From: an uncultured delta proteobacterium
GTDB taxonomy: Bacteria; Desulfobacterota; Binatia; HRBIN30; BPIQ01
DNA length: 64,000 nucleotides
Assembly: GCA_963761335.1 (NCBI GenBank)
Contig: CAVXGR010000011.1
Span: 32,001-96,000, forward strand
Direction of reading: 5' to 3'
Made by a program: the position numbers and the translations under genes. Positions 50,501 through 58,020 of this stretch are shown piece after piece (position 1 is the stretch's first letter; the number at the start of each line of letters is the position of its first letter). Below the pieces are notes generated by a model. It saw nothing but the letters and a program-made list of their open reading frames with translations, did no database searches and was not told the DNA's origin.

Positions 50501-50712
50501 AACTGCCGCTCCAGGGGCGTCGCCACCGAGGAGGCCATGGTTTCCGGACTGGCTCCCGGTAGATTGGCGGTCACCAGCAAGGTGGGAAAATCGACGTTGG
50601 GCAGGTCACTCACCGGTAGCTGCCGGTATGCGAGAATGCCGAAGAGCAGCGCCGCCAGCATCAGCAGCGTGGTGGCGACCGGGCGGCGAATGAAGAGAGC
50701 GCTGACGTTCAC
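47581..50712 (-). CDS. RND efflux permease, MdtB/MdtC-like
   Basis: FIRRPVATTLLM, LPNVDFPT, GFVVDDAIVMLENI, GIVKKNAIM, RFRPIMMTT. Confidence 0.96.
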   Translation of the reverse strand: MNVSALFIRRPVATTLLMLAALLFGILAYRQLPVSDLPNVDFPTLLVTANLPGASPETMASSVATPLERQFSTIAGIASMNSANSLGSTQVTMQFDLDRNIDAAAQDVQAAITQASPLLPPGMPNPPTFRKVNPADQPILYIGLTSDTLPLWTLDEYGETLMAQRISMVRDVAQVQVFGSQKYAVRIKLDPRQLATLGLGIGEVARAVSAANVNLPTGTLQGSDKHYTIQANGQLTEAAVYRPVIVAYRNGAPVRLGDLGTVVDGVEDDKSASWYGDSSTLQRAVVLAIQRQPGTNTVAVAEAVKDILPTLERQLPPSVHLHVLFDRSASILASVNDVKFTMVLALVLVVLVIFVFLRNLSATIIPSLALPLSIVGTFAIMYPLGYSLDNLSLMALMLSIGFVVDDAIVMLENIVRHMEMGERPLEAALSGSSEIGFTILSMTLSLAAVFIPVLFMPGILGRLFHEFSVTICVTILLSGVVSLTLTPMLCSRFLRPGAEARHGRLFALTERGFDAMLRGYERSLKWVLRHRPATMLVSLAILAATLVLFVRVPKGFIPNEDQSAIFAVTEAVQGVSFDAMVRYQKAVSDIVRQDPAIRALFSSVTGSNASAGTTSNQGRMFMHLLPASERGSLQSVMARLRQKTMGMPGMRVYMQELPSIRVGGQLTKSLYQFTLQSPDTGELYRDADELLERLQKMPQLRDVTSDMQLQNPQVNVVIDRDKASALGVSAEEVENALFDAYGDRWISTIYAPNNQYKVILELEDRYRGDPAALSLLYVRSDKNQLVPLDAVSHLEKNAGPLTVNHAGQLPSATISFNLSPGTSLGEAVSNVESVARQLLPATVTTSFQGTAEAFQSSLSGFWVLLLAALLVIYLVLGILYESFVHPLTILSGLPSAGFGALLTLLIFGEELNVYSLVGLIMLVGIVKKNAIMQIDFALEAQRQEGKSTFEAIYQGCVIRFRPIMMTTAAALFGALPIALGIGAGSASRRPLGLAVVGGLLFSQLVTLYLTPVYYTYLEAFVEKMREVRSRWRRAPRPAPAAGG

Positions 50713-51938
50713 GACGCTCCTCCTGGCGGCGTGGAGGTGCCCGCGGTGGCGGCGTTCTTGATTTCCACCACAGATCCCGGGGCGAGGCGAATCTGTCCCT
50801 CGGTGACGACGCGCTCACCGGCCTGCAGTCCCTCCTCCACGACCACGTCGCTGCCGAAGGAGAGCCCGGTCTTCACCGGCCGCACCTGCACCGTCAGGTC
50901 CGGCTGAACGACGTAGACATAGGTCCCCTTCTGGCCGGTCTCCAGCGCCTGCTCCGGCACCACCACGACGCCGCTCTCGATCGACAGGGTCATGCGCACG
51001 TTGACGAACGCACCCGGCCACAGATGCTCGTCCTGGTTGGGAAATATGCCCTTGAGGAGCACCGTGCCGGTGTTCATGTCGACGGTGTTGTTGACGAAGG
51101 CCAGCTTGCCTGGAACCGCCGCTGGATCGCCGTCCGGAGGCTCGGCCTCGACGGGCACGCTGCCGGCCGCCTGGCGCCGGCGGATCTCGGCGAGGTTGCC
51201 CTCGGGGACGGAGAAGCTCACATAGACTGGGCGCAGCTGGTTGATGGTGGCGAGCACCGTGTCATTCGACTTCACCACGTTGCCCTGGTTCACCAGGATG
51301 GCGCCGATGCGGCCAGTGATCGGCGAGCGGATGTAGGCGTACTGCAGCCGCAGCTTGGCGTTCTCGACCGCCGCCTCGTCGGCGCGCACGCTCGCCGCCA
51401 GGGTCTGGACCTGTGTCTTCGCCTGGTCGTACTCGTTCTGCGAAACAATTCCCTGCTTCACCAGGCGCGCCTCTCGACCCTCCTCCACCTGCGCGTTGTC
51501 GAGCTGAGCACGGTCGCGGGCGAGGTTTGCCTCCGACTGCCGCAGGGCGGCCTCGAACGGGCGCGGGTCGACGGTGAACAGGAGGTCGTCCTCCTGCACC
51601 TCCTGGCCTTCGCGGAAGTGCACCTCGGCGAGCTGCCCCTCCACCTGGGAGCGCACCGAGACGGTGGAGTACGGCTCCACGTTGCCGATGGCGTGCAGCT
51701 GCACCGGCACATCCATGCGCTGTGCGGTGGCCACGGTCACCGGCGCGGCGCTGCGCGAACCACCCGTGGAGGCGCGCGAGGGCTCTCCTCCAGAGGAGCA
51801 CGCCGCCAAGAACACGAGGCCAAGAACGATGACAGCCCCGGGTACAACTCGGGGGATGGCGTTCCGGCGCTTCCCGAAGCGGCGCGCCGCCGCTTCCACA
51901 TTGGCCCGCGTCCCGGCGCCACGGAGTGAAGTTCTCAT
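50709..51938 (-). CDS. RND periplasmic adaptor, MdtA-like
   Basis: LAAC lipobox-like segment, VRSQVEGQL, IRSPITGR, NNTVDMNTGT, LWPGAFV, GERVVTEG. Confidence 0.94.
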   Translation of the reverse strand: MRTSLRGAGTRANVEAAARRFGKRRNAIPRVVPGAVIVLGLVFLAACSSGGEPSRASTGGSRSAAPVTVATAQRMDVPVQLHAIGNVEPYSTVSVRSQVEGQLAEVHFREGQEVQEDDLLFTVDPRPFEAALRQSEANLARDRAQLDNAQVEEGREARLVKQGIVSQNEYDQAKTQVQTLAASVRADEAAVENAKLRLQYAYIRSPITGRIGAILVNQGNVVKSNDTVLATINQLRPVYVSFSVPEGNLAEIRRRQAAGSVPVEAEPPDGDPAAVPGKLAFVNNTVDMNTGTVLLKGIFPNQDEHLWPGAFVNVRMTLSIESGVVVVPEQALETGQKGTYVYVVQPDLTVQVRPVKTGLSFGSDVVVEEGLQAGERVVTEGQIRLAPGSVVEIKNAATAGTSTPPGGAS

Positions 51939-51962
51939 CTACCTCTTCCCGTCTGCAGGCTC

Positions 51963-51977
51963 GCAAGCGACGTGCCC
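51963..51977 (-). promoter_or_regulatory. Sigma54 (-24/-12) promoter for the efflux/two-component operon
   Basis: Minus strand GGGCACGTCGCTTGC = GG-N10-GC. Confidence 0.7.
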
Positions 51978-52030
51978 AGAGCGTTGCGGCTGGGCCCGTC
52001 GACCTCTCTGGAGAATTGTGCGCTTCTGTT

Positions 52031-52063
52031 GGCCTATATCAACCACCCCGGTCGAAACCGACC
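52031..52063. promoter_or_regulatory. Putative paired enhancer (UAS) sites
   Basis: GGCCTATATCAACC (52031-52044) and palindromic GGTCG-AAAC-CGACC (52050-52063), midway between two sigma54 motifs. Confidence 0.5.
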
Positions 52064-52129
52064 GCTCCTGCACGCACGTGAAATCGCGCCTGTCTCGACT
52101 TGGTGCACCGTCGCTGGAATCATGAAGCG

Positions 52130-52144
52130 TGGCACGGAGCGTGC
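52130..52144 (+). promoter_or_regulatory. Sigma54 (-24/-12) promoter for the degQ-like operon
   Basis: TGGCACGGAGCGTGC = GG-N10-GC, 14 nt before ATG 52159. Confidence 0.65.
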
Positions 52145-52158
52145 GCATGCGAGCAACC

Positions 52159-53685
52159 ATGAAACTCAGAAGACTTCTCCCGACCATCGCCCTGTCCGCA
52201 GCCCTGGCCTTCACCGTAGGCGCTGCGGGAGCCCGCGCCTTCCCCAACCCTCTCAGCCTCTTCGGCCATCGACAGAAGGAGGCACAGGCAACACCGGCGG
52301 CCCCGCCGCGGCCTGCGGCTCCCGGTCCGGCGACCGCGTGCGGGCCGGCGGCCCCGGCATCGTTCGCCGACATCGCCGCGGCAGCGCAGCCGGCGGTGGT
52401 GAACATCTCGACGACACAGACGGTGAAAACCATGCAGCAGGGTCCGGCAATGCCGCAGAGCCCCTTCGGCGGGCACGGCCAGCAGGACCCCTTCGAGCAG
52501 TTCTTCCGCCACTTCTTCGGCCAGCAGATGCCGCGCGACTTCACCCAGCGCAGCCTGGGCTCGGGCGTCATCATCGATCCCGGCGGCTACATCGCCACCA
52601 ATGCCCACGTGGTGAAGGACGCGGAGAAGATCGTGGTCAAGCTCCAGGACGAGCGCGAGTTCAACGCCAAGGTGATCGGCATCGACGAGAAGACCGACAT
52701 CGCCCTGGTGAAGATCGATTCCCCCGGAGACCTGAAGGCCGCCCAGCTCGGCGACTCGGACGCCCTGCGCATCGGCGATTGGGTCATCGCCATCGGCAAT
52801 CCCTTTGGGCTGACGGAGACGGTGACCGCCGGCATCGTCAGTGCCAAGGGCCGCGTCATCGGCGGCGGACCCTACGACGACTTCATCCAGACCGATGCTT
52901 CGATCAACCCCGGGAACTCCGGCGGACCGCTCCTCAACCTGCAAAGTCAGGTGGTCGGCATCAACTCGGCAATCTACAGCCAGAGTGGTGGCAACATCGG
53001 CATCGGTTTCGCCATCCCGATCAACATGGTGAAGGACATCGTCCAGCAGCTGCGGGAGCACGGCACCGTGGTGCGGGGCTGGTTGGGTGTCTCGATCCAG
53101 GACGTCACCCCGGATCTGGCCCAGACCTTCGGGCTGGAGAAGGCCGAAGGCGCACTGGTGGCCGAGGTCACCCCCGACAGCCCGGCCGCCGACGCCGGCT
53201 TCAAGGCGGGCGACCTGGTGCTCGAGTTCAACGGCATGCCGGTCGAGCACGCGCATCAGCTGCCGGCGATGGTCGCCTCTACGGCGATCGGCAAGAAGGT
53301 TCCCGTGACCGTCCTGCGCAACGGCAGCAAGAAGACGCTCACCGTGAAGGTGGGCAAGATGCCGGCGAGCGAGGCCGCCGCCAAGTCCGAGGTCTCGCCC
53401 AGCAACTGGGGGCTCACCGTGGAGAACATCACGCCGGCGCTGCAAAACCGTTTCAGCCTGGAGGATCGCAACGGCGTCATCGTCACCGCCGTCGAGCCGA
53501 ACAGCTCGGCGGAAGAAGGCGGCATGCAGCCCGGGGACGTGATCACCCAGGTGAACCGCAAGTCCGTCAACGACGTCGATGACTATCGCACCGCCGTAAC
53601 CTCGGCGGGCAAGTCCTCGACCCTGTTGCTGCTGGTGCAGCGCCAGGGACATTCCGTGTTCATCGCCCTGCGCCGCAGCTCCTGA
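52159..53685 (+). CDS. HtrA/DegP/DegQ family periplasmic serine protease with two PDZ domains
   Basis: SLGSGVII, TNAHVV, TDIAL, IQTDASINPGNSGGPL, RGWLGV. Confidence 0.96.
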   Translation: MKLRRLLPTIALSAALAFTVGAAGARAFPNPLSLFGHRQKEAQATPAAPPRPAAPGPATACGPAAPASFADIAAAAQPAVVNISTTQTVKTMQQGPAMPQSPFGGHGQQDPFEQFFRHFFGQQMPRDFTQRSLGSGVIIDPGGYIATNAHVVKDAEKIVVKLQDEREFNAKVIGIDEKTDIALVKIDSPGDLKAAQLGDSDALRIGDWVIAIGNPFGLTETVTAGIVSAKGRVIGGGPYDDFIQTDASINPGNSGGPLLNLQSQVVGINSAIYSQSGGNIGIGFAIPINMVKDIVQQLREHGTVVRGWLGVSIQDVTPDLAQTFGLEKAEGALVAEVTPDSPAADAGFKAGDLVLEFNGMPVEHAHQLPAMVASTAIGKKVPVTVLRNGSKKTLTVKVGKMPASEAAAKSEVSPSNWGLTVENITPALQNRFSLEDRNGVIVTAVEPNSSAEEGGMQPGDVITQVNRKSVNDVDDYRTAVTSAGKSSTLLLLVQRQGHSVFIALRRSS

Positions 53686-53715
53686 GCGACGCCCCTGGCG
53701 AAAGGAGAAGTGCAG

Positions 53716-54756
53716 ATGAGAAATCCGACTCGACTCGCCGTCCTCGTCGCCGCCATCGCCATCGCCTTCTCGGTCTCGGCCGCTTCCGCCGGGGCCGCTG
53801 CGGCAAAGGGAGCGGGACCAGAGAAAGCTCCGGAAGCACCCGAGTTCGACTGGATCCCGCTGGAGAACGGCACCTGGCTGCCGGTGGTGGATCCTCTCGG
53901 TGTCGCCCTGCACACCGCCCGCGACAAGCTCAAGTCGGATCCGCAGGCCGCGGCAGCCAAGCTCCGCGAAGGCGCACAGTTCCTCGAGCACCAGGCAGAG
54001 TACGTCACCGACCCGGCACGCGGGCGCATGACGCGGGCGGCGGCCGACCTCGACAAGCTCGCCGGCGAGGTCGCCGCCGGAAAGGTGACCTCGCCCAAGC
54101 AGCTCGATCCGGTATTCGCCCGCGCCCACAGCGCCGACATCGACAGCCGCTGGGCATCGGCTCCCGAGGCCTCGTGGCTTCCAGTGTCTGCCGAGCCCAT
54201 GCGCCAGCTGACACTGGCCCGCAAGAACTACCTCCAAGCGGCGTGGGCAGACGCCGCCTCCGACATCCACAAAGCCGCGGCCCTGCTGAAGCTGGAGGCG
54301 ACCCGCGCCACGACCGAAGGGCGTGGGGCGTTGATGACCTCGGCGAAGGACCTCGACCAGCTCGGCGATCGGGTGCACAGCGGCGCCGTGAAGACGCTCG
54401 ACCGGCTCGACTCCTCCTTCGCCCGAGCCGACTACGCCTTGGCGCGACATCACTATCTGAAGGCGTCGGAGTTCTGGGCAAAGAACGATACCAAGCAGGC
54501 CGGCGCCGCTCTGCAAGCCGCCGCCGCCGCCCTCGAGCACGGCATGGCGCGAGCCGGGCGCGGCGGCGACGAGGCCGCAACCGCGGCGATCAAGGACGCG
54601 CGGGAGGTGGGCGTCAAGCTCGCCAACGGCGGCGAGGTCGCCGCCGCAGAGGTCCGCAAGGCCATGGCGAAGATCAACGGGCAGATCGAGGCCCTGCGCC
54701 GAGCGGCGCAAGCGCAGGGCCGCCCGATACCAGGCACCCCCGCGAAGAAGATGTAG
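53716..54756 (+). CDS. Secreted all-helical protein with a two-fold internal repeat (YfdX-like)
   Basis: RBS AAGGAG; signal peptide; repeated RG.M..A.DLD.L...V..G.V.....LD..FARA unit. Confidence 0.7.
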   Translation: MRNPTRLAVLVAAIAIAFSVSAASAGAAAAKGAGPEKAPEAPEFDWIPLENGTWLPVVDPLGVALHTARDKLKSDPQAAAAKLREGAQFLEHQAEYVTDPARGRMTRAAADLDKLAGEVAAGKVTSPKQLDPVFARAHSADIDSRWASAPEASWLPVSAEPMRQLTLARKNYLQAAWADAASDIHKAAALLKLEATRATTEGRGALMTSAKDLDQLGDRVHSGAVKTLDRLDSSFARADYALARHHYLKASEFWAKNDTKQAGAALQAAAAALEHGMARAGRGGDEAATAAIKDAREVGVKLANGGEVAAAEVRKAMAKINGQIEALRRAAQAQGRPIPGTPAKKM

Positions 54757-54823
54757 CGGCGCCTGTCTCTTGCTCGACGCCGGCGCATGCGAGTGTCATG
54801 ATCCGGCCGGAGGAGGCAGGCAT

Positions 54824-55993
54824 GTGAGCACATCGAGGCTGTTCTCACCGGCGCGGCTCGGGCCGATCGAGCTGCGCAACCGGGTGGTGAAGTGCGGCAC
54901 CAACGAAGGCATGTCGCGCCATGGGCTGGTCACCGAGCCGCTGATCGAATGGCACCGGGAGTTTGCCGCCGGCGGCGTCGGCATGACCACGCTGGCCTAC
55001 TGCTCCGTCTCCGCCGATGGCCGCACCTTCCCGCACCAGATCCACATGCGCGAAGAGGCCCGGCCCGGCTTGCGCCGCTTCGCCGACGCCATGCACGCCG
55101 AAGGGGCGCGGGCATCGATCCAGATCGGCCACGCCGGCTGGTTTGCCAGCCCGCACGCCACCGGCACGGCACCGGTAGGACCCTCGCGCAGCTTCAGCCC
55201 GCACGCGCAGGCGTTCTCGCGGGCGATGGTGGACGCCGACTTCACACGCCTCACCGGCGACTTCGCCGGCGCCGCCCGCCTCGCCGTGGAGGCCGGCTTC
55301 GACGCCGTCGAGGTCCACATCGGCCACGGCTACCTGCTGAACCAGTTTCTCAGCCCGTACAACAACCGCCGGCGCGACCAGTGGGGCGGCAGCCTGGAGA
55401 ACCGGGCGCGCTTTCCCCGCCAGGTTCTCGACGCCGTGCGCCACGCCGCCGGACCGGCGACCGCGGTCTACGCCAAGCTCAACATGGAGGACGGCTTTCG
55501 CGGCGGCCTCGAGCTCGAGGACGGCATCCAGGTGGCGCGCTGGCTGGAGCAGGACGGCAGCGTCGACGCCCTGCAGCTCACCGGCGGCCACACGACGCGC
55601 ACGCCCTTCTTCCTGATGCGCGGCGCCGTACCCTTGCGCGAGATGGTGCGCAACCAGCACCACTGGGCGCGGCGGCTGGCGATGAGCGTCTTCGGCCGCT
55701 TGCTGATCCGCGAGTACCCATTCTCCGAAGCATTCTTCCTGCCGCAGGCGCAGCGCTTCCGCAGCGCCCTGCGCCTGCCGCTGATGCTCCTCGGCGGGGT
55801 CACCCGCTTGGAGACCATGGAGCGGGCCGTCGACTCGGGCTTCGACTTCGTCGCCCTCGGGCGCGCCCTCATCCGCGATCCCGACCTCGTTCGCCGCATG
55901 CAGTCCGGCGAGCTCACCGCCTCACGCTGTGTGCCCTGCAACCTCTGCATCATCGAGATGGAGCGCGGCGGCACCCGCTGCGTGCGCCGCTGA
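54824..55993 (+). CDS. NADH:flavin oxidoreductase (old yellow enzyme family)
   Basis: LFSP..LG.IELRNR, GFDAVEVHIGHGYLLNQFLSP..N.R.D.WGGSLENR, C-terminal C..CN.C; GTG start after GGAGG. Confidence 0.93.
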   Translation: MSTSRLFSPARLGPIELRNRVVKCGTNEGMSRHGLVTEPLIEWHREFAAGGVGMTTLAYCSVSADGRTFPHQIHMREEARPGLRRFADAMHAEGARASIQIGHAGWFASPHATGTAPVGPSRSFSPHAQAFSRAMVDADFTRLTGDFAGAARLAVEAGFDAVEVHIGHGYLLNQFLSPYNNRRRDQWGGSLENRARFPRQVLDAVRHAAGPATAVYAKLNMEDGFRGGLELEDGIQVARWLEQDGSVDALQLTGGHTTRTPFFLMRGAVPLREMVRNQHHWARRLAMSVFGRLLIREYPFSEAFFLPQAQRFRSALRLPLMLLGGVTRLETMERAVDSGFDFVALGRALIRDPDLVRRMQSGELTASRCVPCNLCIIEMERGGTRCVRR

Positions 55994-56007
55994 TGGCCGC
56001 GCTCCCA

Positions 56008-56529
56008 TCAGCGGCGCAAGTGGGGAAGCCAGCGCGGCACCTGCCGGCAGTAGTCTTCATACTCCGCGCCGAAACGCTCGCGCAGCTCCGGCTCTTCCAG
56101 GATGACGGCGGCGACATGGCCGGCGACGGTGGCGAGGGCGGCATAGACGACGATGCCGAGAACGCCGAAATAGATCGCCTCGGCCCAGAGCACGCTCAGC
56201 TCGGCGGCCATGATCGGGTTGCGCACCACCGCGAACGGTCCCGAGGTCACCAGCTTCCGCGGTGCATCGAGCGGGAACGGCGTTCCCTCCCCGCGGCGGC
56301 TGAAGTAGTCGAGGCAGACGATCCACACGACGACACCGGCAACGAACAGCAGCGCGCCTCCGAGGAGGCGGAGCCAGTGCGGCAACGGCAGCGCCAGCGG
56401 CAGCAGCCAGGAGGCCAGCAGGGGCATCGCCACCATGAACAGTCCGAAGAAAAGGAAGGCGTTGAGCAGCGACTTGGCCCAGAGGGCGGCGGCGCGGCGC
56501 GTCGTGCTCGGACGAATCCCGCGGCTCAT
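56008..56529 (-). CDS. Isoprenylcysteine carboxyl methyltransferase / PEMT family protein
   Basis: GEGTPFPLDAPRKLVTSGPF.VVRNP, EEPELRERFG.EY..Y...VPRW. Confidence 0.88.
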   Translation of the reverse strand: MSRGIRPSTTRRAAALWAKSLLNAFLFFGLFMVAMPLLASWLLPLALPLPHWLRLLGGALLFVAGVVVWIVCLDYFSRRGEGTPFPLDAPRKLVTSGPFAVVRNPIMAAELSVLWAEAIYFGVLGIVVYAALATVAGHVAAVILEEPELRERFGAEYEDYCRQVPRWLPHLRR

Positions 56530-57854
56530 GATGCCTTTCCGACGGCGCCCTCCCAGGGCAGCACGACGGTGGCGACGCAGCCGCCGCCATCGCGGTTGTC
56601 GAGCTGGACGTGGCCGCCGTGGGTGCGGGCGATCTCCTGCACGATGCTCAGCCCGAGACCTGTCCCCGGCGCGGCGCGCTCGCCGGAGCCGCGGTAGAAG
56701 CGATCGAAGACCCGTCCGCGCTCCGGCGCCGGGATACCCGGACCGTCGTCGGTCACCGTGACCTCGATGCTGTCGCCCGTTTGCCGCGCCCCGACGGCGA
56801 CCGGCTCACGGCCGTAGCTGTGGCGCAGGCCGTTGTCGATCAGGTTGGCGAACAGACGGTACAGGTCGCCGGCATTGCCGCGCACCCGAATCCCGGCCGA
56901 CACCGCCACTCGTACCCGGGGTCGGCCGTCCTCTCCCGCCCCGAAGGCGTCGCCCAGCTCCTGCAGCATCTCATCGAGCTCGACCACTGTCGCCGCCAGT
57001 GGAGCGTCCTGGGCGTCGAGTCGCGCCAGGGTGAGCAGGTCCTCGGCGACCCGCGCCATGCGCTCGGTGCCGGCGAGCGCCTCGGCGAGAGCGGCGCGAT
57101 AGGAATCCGCGGAGCGCGGCCGCGACAGCGCCACCTCGAGACCGGTGCGCAGCACAGTCAGCGGCGTGCGCAGCTCATGGGCGGCGTCGGCGGTGAACCG
57201 CTGCAGCTGGGAGACGGCGCTCTCCAGGCGCTCGAGCATGCGGTTGAGACCACCCACCAGGCGCCCGACCTCGTCGTGTGGATCGCGCGGCGCCAGGCGC
57301 GCCGACAGGCGATCCATGCCGATCGAATCGAGCTGGCGGGCGGCGTCCTCGAGCGGCCACAGCGCCCGGCCGAGCACGACCCAGAGACCGGCGCCGAGCG
57401 CCAGCAGCACCAGCGGTATACCGGCGCCGAGCATCGACGTCAGACGGCGCTGGGCGTGCAGTGCAGCCGCCGCCGAGACGCCGACGCGAACCGCGACCCG
57501 CCCGCTGACGGCGTTGGCGCTGCGCAGCTTCGCATCGGGCGCCGCCAGCACCGCCGCGGCTCCGGGCGGCGATTCGCCGAGGAGCTGCCCGCTGCGCCAG
57601 GCCGCCACGTACTTGGCGCCGCCCAGATCCGGCTCGCGGGCCACGGCGGCCAGCAGATCGCCGGCGGCGTTCTCCGTCACCGAACCCGACAGCACCTCCG
57701 CGAGCGTCTCCGCCTCTTCCTCCAGGGCGACGTCGATGTCGCGCAGGAGCTCGCCGCCGAAGACACGGACCAGCAGCCAGCCGGCCGCCACCGACAGCGG
57801 CAGCAGCAGCGCCAGCGTCCACACCAGTAACCGCAGCCGCAGAGAGTGTCTCAC
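56526..57854 (-). CDS. Sensor histidine kinase (CusS/QseC-like, OmpR-family partner)
   Basis: Two TM segments, HAMP, FTADAAHELRTPL, NLIDNG, DDGPGI, GTGLGLSIV. Confidence 0.93.
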   Translation of the reverse strand: MRHSLRLRLLVWTLALLLPLSVAAGWLLVRVFGGELLRDIDVALEEEAETLAEVLSGSVTENAAGDLLAAVAREPDLGGAKYVAAWRSGQLLGESPPGAAAVLAAPDAKLRSANAVSGRVAVRVGVSAAAALHAQRRLTSMLGAGIPLVLLALGAGLWVVLGRALWPLEDAARQLDSIGMDRLSARLAPRDPHDEVGRLVGGLNRMLERLESAVSQLQRFTADAAHELRTPLTVLRTGLEVALSRPRSADSYRAALAEALAGTERMARVAEDLLTLARLDAQDAPLAATVVELDEMLQELGDAFGAGEDGRPRVRVAVSAGIRVRGNAGDLYRLFANLIDNGLRHSYGREPVAVGARQTGDSIEVTVTDDGPGIPAPERGRVFDRFYRGSGERAAPGTGLGLSIVQEIARTHGGHVQLDNRDGGGCVATVVLPWEGAVGKAS

Positions 57855-57916
57855 GGCTGCTCTTGCTGAAGGTAGCGCGCCAGCGCCTGCTCGTCTTCAA
57901 CGATCAGCAGGCGCAT
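57851..57916 (-). pseudogene. OmpR-family response regulator reduced to 21 codons
   Basis: RBS GGAG, MRLLIVEDEQALARYLQQ-EQP*, stop overlaps the kinase start (GTGA). Confidence 0.85.
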
Positions 57917-58013
57917 GTACGGCTCCCGAGGCGGCCGCGGACCGGGCGAGAACCAGGGAGGTCAGCGGTACGCCGATGAGCAGGAACATCACCATGAATT
58001 TCAACAAATCCAT
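57897..58013 (-). CDS. 38-aa hydrophobic peptide or truncated gene start
   Basis: Purine-rich GAGGGAG directly upstream; MDLLKFMVMFLLIGVPLTSLVLARSAAASGAVHAPADR*. Confidence 0.4.
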   Translation of the reverse strand: MDLLKFMVMFLLIGVPLTSLVLARSAAASGAVHAPADR

Positions 58014-58020
58014 CTCCCTC

